This document shows, in pieces, positions 28,644 to 32,000 of a DNA stretch of 32,000 nucleotides. The DNA comes from Coprobacillaceae bacterium (lineage in GTDB: Bacteria > Bacillota_I > Bacilli_A > Erysipelotrichales > Coprobacillaceae), in assembly GCA_963675915.1 (NCBI GenBank), contig OY780959.1, positions 810,001-842,000 on the forward strand, read 5' to 3'. Made by a program: the position numbers and the translations under genes. How positions within the stretch are numbered: the first letter of the stretch is position 1; each line of letters opens with the position of its first letter. The notes under the pieces were generated by a model, which was given only the letters and a program-made list of their open reading frames with translations, was not told the DNA's origin and did not search any database.

Positions 28644-28649
28644 GAAAAA

Positions 28650-29378
28650 CTAGAAATTTTCTTTCTTTTCAATTATTTCAGCCAGCATTTTGCGCTGTTC
28701 GGCGTCCAAGTCGATCTTTTCAAGCAGATCGGGACGATAATTATAGGTTTTTTCCAGCGATTTGTACAATCGCCACTTGCGGATATTTTCATGATGTCCG
28801 GAAATCAAGACATCGGGAACCTTGTTGCCGTCATATTCATAGGGACGGGTGTATTGGGGATATTCCAGCAAGCCGTTGGCAAATGAGTCATCCTCGTGAG
28901 AACTTTGCCTAATCGCCCCTTCAAGCAGTCTAATGGTCGCATCGGCAATAACCATGCTGCCCAGCTCGCCACCGGTAAGAACATAATCACCAATCGACAC
29001 TTCCATATCGATATAATCGCGCACTCTTTCATCAAACCCTTCATAATGACCGCAGATAAGGACCAGATGTTCAAGTTTGGAAAACTCGGTCGCCACCTGA
29101 TGGGAGAAGGTTCTTCCCTGAGGTGACATCAAAACCACGGTACTGCTGTCAGTCGTGATGCTTTTGAGACATTCGACAATTGGAACCACCTGAAGCACCA
29201 TTCCCTGACCACCGCCATAAGGGGTATCGTCGACATGTTTGTGTTTGTCGTGGGAAAATTCCCGGAAATTATGCAATTTCACCTCGGCCACCCCGTTTTC
29301 AAGCGCCCGTTTGATAATCGAAGTATTCAAAAAGCCTTCAAACATCTCCGGAAACAGGGTCAGGATATCAATCTTCAT
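28650..29378 (-). CDS. trmD: tRNA (guanine37-N1)-methyltransferase
   Basis: The ORF track gives 28650-29384 from a TTG. The first ATG is at 29378 (MKIDILTLFPEMF). YGGGQGMVL and VLTGGELGSMV are TrmD motifs. The gene overlaps the end of rimM. Confidence 0.96.
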   Translation of the reverse strand: MKIDILTLFPEMFEGFLNTSIIKRALENGVAEVKLHNFREFSHDKHKHVDDTPYGGGQGMVLQVVPIVECLKSITTDSSTVVLMSPQGRTFSHQVATEFSKLEHLVLICGHYEGFDERVRDYIDMEVSIGDYVLTGGELGSMVIADATIRLLEGAIRQSSHEDDSFANGLLEYPQYTRPYEYDGNKVPDVLISGHHENIRKWRLYKSLEKTYNYRPDLLEKIDLDAEQRKMLAEIIEKKENF

Positions 29379-29880
29379 CGACAAGACCTGCCATGTTTTC
29401 GATTATGATCAATTCCTCATCCAAATCGATTTCCTTGATGAAAGCATCGACATAAGGAATCATCACCTTTTTGTTTTTCACTGATTTCATGATCAGGATG
29501 TCATGGGCGGCGGTTTCCATCATGTCAGTAACCTCGCCAAGCAGCTTGCCTTCAAGGTCTTCAACTTTGCATCCAATCAGATCATCATAGTAAATTTCAT
29601 CTTCATCGAGCAACGACTCGTCTTTCAAACCGAAGACATCGATTCCCTTGAACTGTTCGACCAGATTGATGTCCTGGTATCCGACAAAACTCACCAGATA
29701 ATTACCTTTGTGGACTCTTGAAGTGGCGATCTCCAATTCCATTTCACGCTTGTTGAAAGTCAAAAAGAGCTTGGCTCCTTTTTTGAATCTTTCCGTCGCG
29801 TAATCGGAACTGGATTTGATTTTGAGTTCCCCTTTTAATCCATGTGTCGTTAAAATCTTCCCGACTTTCAGTTTTTCCAT
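29368..29880 (-). CDS. rimM: 16S rRNA processing protein RimM
   Basis: The ORF track gives 29368-29892 from a TTG. I prefer ATG 29880 (MEKLKVGKILTTHGLKGELKI), preceded by SD GGAGG 5 nt upstream. Confidence 0.93.
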   Translation of the reverse strand: MEKLKVGKILTTHGLKGELKIKSSSDYATERFKKGAKLFLTFNKREMELEIATSRVHKGNYLVSFVGYQDINLVEQFKGIDVFGLKDESLLDEDEIYYDDLIGCKVEDLEGKLLGEVTDMMETAAHDILIMKSVKNKKVMIPYVDAFIKEIDLDEELIIIENMAGLVDED

Positions 29881-29919
29881 TATTACCTCCAAAAAAAGTA
29901 GATGTTTTCACACCTACTT

Positions 29920-30171
29920 TTAGTACTCATATGATTCAAACTTAATATCTAATTTCTTGTCGTCCAAACGACCACATACCGACATTACCTGACGGATAGA
30001 ATTAGCAATTACTCCTTTATGCCCAATCAGCTTTCCTAAATCTTCTTTAGAAGAATATACGTGGAGCACCACGGTATCCTCTTCCAATGAAGGCATTTCG
30101 CGCACATCAAGCTTATCGCTTTGTTCAACTAAACCTTCTGCAATTGTTTTAAGAATTTTGGCATAATTCAT
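29920..30171 (-). CDS. khpA: KH-domain RNA-binding protein KhpA (YlqC)
   Basis: ORF track, 83 aa. It has the KH GxxG motif (LIGHKGVIANSIR) and the conserved position between rpsP and rimM. Confidence 0.9.
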   Translation of the reverse strand: MNYAKILKTIAEGLVEQSDKLDVREMPSLEEDTVVLHVYSSKEDLGKLIGHKGVIANSIRQVMSVCGRLDDKKLDIKFESYEY

Positions 30172-30173
30172 AA

Positions 30174-30446
30174 TTATTTACCTTGTTTTGAATCTGCGAA
30201 TTGTTTCATGATACCTTCGTTAGCTAAAAGGTTTTTAACTGTGTCAGTAGGTTGAGCACCGTTTGATAACCATTTTAATGCCAATTCAGCATCGATTTTC
30301 ACTGCAGCAGGTTTTTTAGTAGGATCATAAGTTCCTAATAACTCGATATATTTACCATCACGAGCAACTCTTGAATCAGCAGCAACTACTCTATAGAAAG
30401 GAGCTCTTTTAGCACCCATTCTCATTAATCTTAATTTTACAGCCAT
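30174..30446 (-). CDS. rpsP: 30S ribosomal protein S16
   Basis: ORF track, 90 aa. [26 protein letters not shown] is a classic S16 N-terminus. SD AAGGAGG is present. Confidence 0.97.
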   Translation of the reverse strand: MAVKLRLMRMGAKRAPFYRVVAADSRVARDGKYIELLGTYDPTKKPAAVKIDAELALKWLSNGAQPTDTVKNLLANEGIMKQFADSKQGK

Positions 30447-30480
30447 CTATATTTCCTCCTTGTATTTTTAAATTATGGTG

Positions 30481-30548
30481 TTAAGTGAATTCACTTGACA
30501 CACTTAATCCTCAATCAATTTATCATATCCCCGAATTACTGTCAAGTG
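30481..30548. promoter_or_regulatory. Cluster of four copies of an 7-8 nt motif ([TG]T[AC]AAGTG), including a perfect 14-bp palindrome AAGTGAATTCACTT, around the rpsP promoter and leader
   Basis: Plus-strand copies are TTAAGTG (30481-30487) and GTCAAGTG (30541-30548). Inverted copies are TCACTTGAC (30491-30499) and CACTTAA (30501-30507). The palindrome spans 30483-30496. The copy at 30541-30548 overlaps the predicted -35. Confidence 0.4.
30517..30545 (-). promoter_or_regulatory. Predicted rpsP operon promoter
   Basis: On the minus strand: perfect -35 TTGACA (30545-30540), 17-nt spacer, extended -10 TGATAAATT (30525-30517), with an AT-rich upstream region. Confidence 0.45.
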
Positions 30549-30590
30549 TTTTTACTTAACAGATTGAAAAAATTTAATTGTAATTTGAAA

Positions 30591-30619
30591 TTCCACCCCA
30601 GTATATTTTAGGGGTGGAA
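30591..30619. terminator. Strong GC-rich hairpin between the rpsP promoter region and the IS element; orientation and ownership ambiguous
   Basis: TTCCACCCC (30591-30599), an 11-nt loop, then GGGGTGGAA (30611-30619). It is followed by TTTCAAATT on the minus strand and TTAATTTAT on the plus strand. Confidence 0.45.
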
Positions 30620-30646
30620 TTAATTTATACAAAACTCACATGGAAC

Positions 30647-30675
30647 TTAACCTTACAAATATGAAGCTGTATAAT
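30647..30675 (+). promoter_or_regulatory. Possible transposase promoter
   Basis: On the plus strand: -35 TTAACC (30647-30652), 17-nt spacer, -10 TATAAT (30670-30675). It lies about 40 nt upstream of the ATG at 30718. Confidence 0.4.
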
Positions 30676-30717
30676 TTAAGTATAGATTTCCCTGAACCAT
30701 TGAAGGGAGTGTTTCTG

Positions 30718-32000
30718 ATGAGAAACAAACATTTACTTCTAGATGATCGCAAGATCATTGAGAATTCTCTTAATAGCGGTTGTTCTTTTAAAGCCATTGG
30801 TATTCAACTTGGCAAGGACTGCACTACCATATCTAAAGAGGTAAGGCGTAATTTCACAATTAAAAATACTGGCAGGTTTGGCTATGGTTTCAACGACTGC
30901 ATTAATCGATATGATTGTTCCGAAAACTTCGCTTGTCAAACTTGCAATCGACGAAGAAAAATTAAGTGCAAATTCTGTGGGTTATGTGTCACTCAATGTT
31001 CAAAATACCAAAGAGAATCCTGCCCGACGTTGTTGAAAGCACCGTATGTCTGCAATAGCTGCGATAGCAAACACAAATGCCCATTGTCAAAGCATTACTA
31101 TTTTAGCGAATCAGCTCAGAAAAAGCATGATCTTAGATTAAGTGAATCAAGATCCGGATTTATTATTGATGAAGCTCAAATTGAACGATTGAACTCGATT
31201 CTCGGTGATCTTGTAAAAAACAAGCATCAGTCCATCCATCACGTTTTCATTAATCATAAAGATGAACTGATGGTTAGCGAAAAAACTCTGTACAATTTGG
31301 TTGATGCCTGTATTTTAAATATCCGTAACATTGATCTTACTCGAAAAGTCAAGTTTGCACCTAGAAGGAAGAAATCCAAGCAATACAAGGTTGACAAAAA
31401 ATGCCTTGAAGGTAGGACCTATGAAGATTATCAGAGTTTCATTGAACAGCACCCTAGTGTCGCCGTAGTTGAAATGGACAGTGTCGAAGGAACCAAGGGT
31501 GGCGCCTGCTTGCTTACCCTCCACTTCAACAATTCTTCTTTCATGATCGCCATAAAACGCGATTTTAACGATTCGGCCTCAGTTACAAACTATTTCAATC
31601 ATATCTATGAGGTGCTGGGTCATGATCAGTTCAAAAAATTGTTTCCGATAATTTTGACAGACAATGGGTCGGAATTTTCAAATCCTGCCGCTATTGAATT
31701 CAATGACAAAGGTGAAAGAAGAACCTACATTTTCTACTGTCATCCATCAGCGCCTGAAGAAAAAGGTGAATGTGAGAACAATCATAGGTTCATTAGATAT
31801 TTCGTCCCCAAGGGCAAATCCTGGGATGAATACAAGCAAAAAGACATCAACTTAATGATGTCTCACATTAATTCTTATGCACGAAAGTCTTTGAATGATA
31901 AACCACCATATTTATTATTCACGACACTATACTCGATTGAAGCAGCTACAAAATTAGATGTTTCATACATAAGACCGGATGATATCACTTTATCACGATT
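30718..32000 (+). CDS. IS30-family DDE transposase, C-terminal end truncated by the window edge
   Basis: Absent from the ORF track because there is no stop in the window. My translation from ATG 30718 (SD GAAGGGAG 8 nt upstream) is open for 427 codons: MRNKHLLLDDRKIIENSLNSGCSFKAIGIQLGKDCTTISKEVRR...VVEMDSVEG...ILTDNGSEFSN...KGECENNHRFIRYFVPKG. This is an HTH followed by a D, D, E catalytic triad in the IS30 arrangement. Confidence 0.88.
   Translation, partial: MRNKHLLLDDRKIIENSLNSGCSFKAIGIQLGKDCTTISKEVRRNFTIKNTGRFGYGFNDCINRYDCSENFACQTCNRRRKIKCKFCGLCVTQCSKYQRESCPTLLKAPYVCNSCDSKHKCPLSKHYYFSESAQKKHDLRLSESRSGFIIDEAQIERLNSILGDLVKNKHQSIHHVFINHKDELMVSEKTLYNLVDACILNIRNIDLTRKVKFAPRRKKSKQYKVDKKCLEGRTYEDYQSFIEQHPSVAVVEMDSVEGTKGGACLLTLHFNNSSFMIAIKRDFNDSASVTNYFNHIYEVLGHDQFKKLFPIILTDNGSEFSNPAAIEFNDKGERRTYIFYCHPSAPEEKGECENNHRFIRYFVPKGKSWDEYKQKDINLMMSHINSYARKSLNDKPPYLLFTTLYSIEAATKLDVSYIRPDDITLSR

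Larger units (their letters stand above)
30620..32000 (+). mobile_element. IS30-family insertion sequence. The left boundary is only approximate and the right end lies beyond the window.
   Basis: It contains the IS30-type DDE transposase gene and a putative promoter for that gene. The terminal inverted repeat cannot be defined because the right end is not in the window. It is the only plus-strand gene in an otherwise co-oriented core block. Confidence 0.6.

Noticed and set aside
29895-29920. Hairpin AAAGTAG...CTACTTT between khpA and rimM
   Set aside because: The stem is only 7 bp and almost all A-U, and the loop is 12 nt. It is too weak to call a terminator. I mention it only as a possible sixth example of the hairpin-before-SD layout.
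30483-30496. Assigning the AAGTGAATTCACTT palindrome to a known regulator (Rex-, CcpA/cre- or CodY-type boxes)
   Set aside because: The half-site spacing and the central bases do not fit the consensus sequences I remember. There is no central CG as in cre, and no 4-6 nt spacer as in Rex boxes. Naming a regulator would be unsupported.
30640-30717. In-frame upstream ATGs (30640 and 30661) that would lengthen the IS30 transposase by 26 or 19 codons
   Set aside because: Neither has an SD, and they overlap the predicted transposase promoter. ATG 30718 has GAAGGGAG 8 nt upstream, and the protein then starts with the HTH region as in related transposases.
30739-31524. Minus-strand ORFs of 66 aa (30739-30939) and 69 aa (31315-31524)
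   Set aside because: Both are antisense to the continuous IS30 transposase reading frame, and there is no supporting signal.
1-32000. An alternative genetic code (TGA=Trp, as in Mollicutes), CRISPR arrays, tRNA/rRNA genes, toxin-antitoxin or defence modules
   Set aside because: All conserved genes are full length under the standard code, with TGG Trp codons and TGA used as a stop (for example at 2127-2129, 8543-8545 and 17386-17388). Intergenic spacers are short and are accounted for by promoters, terminators or leaders. No repeat-spacer periodicity is visible, and there are no small paired ORFs outside conserved operons.

Overview
This window is an almost gap-free block of core housekeeping genes, nearly all on the minus strand. 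The organism looks like a low-GC Gram-positive (Bacillota-type): it has a PolC replicase and uses the standard code, with TGA as a stop and TGG for Trp. From right to left the order is rpsP-khpA(ylqC)-rimM-trmD-rplS-rbgA-rnhB-dprA-topA-trmFO-xerC-rpsB-tsf-pyrH-frr-uppS-cdsA-rseP-polC-rimP-nusA-ylxR-ylxQ-infB-rbfA. This is colinear with the Bacillus subtilis chromosome as I remember it, but several B. subtilis genes are missing. Next come a stand-alone aldose-1-epimerase-like gene, an rsuA-trmB-ytpP-ytpR-(disordered protein)-acpS operon, a small tail-less SSB-like gene, and the 5' part of lepA. The only clearly accessory element is an IS30-family transposase on the plus strand at the right edge, divergent from rpsP and running off the window. 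By eye I see no rRNA, tRNA, CRISPR array, toxin-antitoxin pair, defence island or biosynthetic cluster. I therefore do not think the window contains a novel multi-gene system. The observations worth a second look are modest. They are a 12-cysteine, ferredoxin-like module inside the IS30 transposase, a cluster of short inverted motifs around the rpsP promoter and leader, and a candidate attenuator in the rimP-nusA leader. Others are a long acidic, Tyr-rich tail on NusA, a translationally coupled disordered protein between ytpR and acpS, a tail-less SSB paralogue, a candidate rplS leader, and a recurring layout of a terminator hairpin abutting the next Shine-Dalgarno (SD) sequence. All promoter, terminator and leader calls are by-eye predictions.
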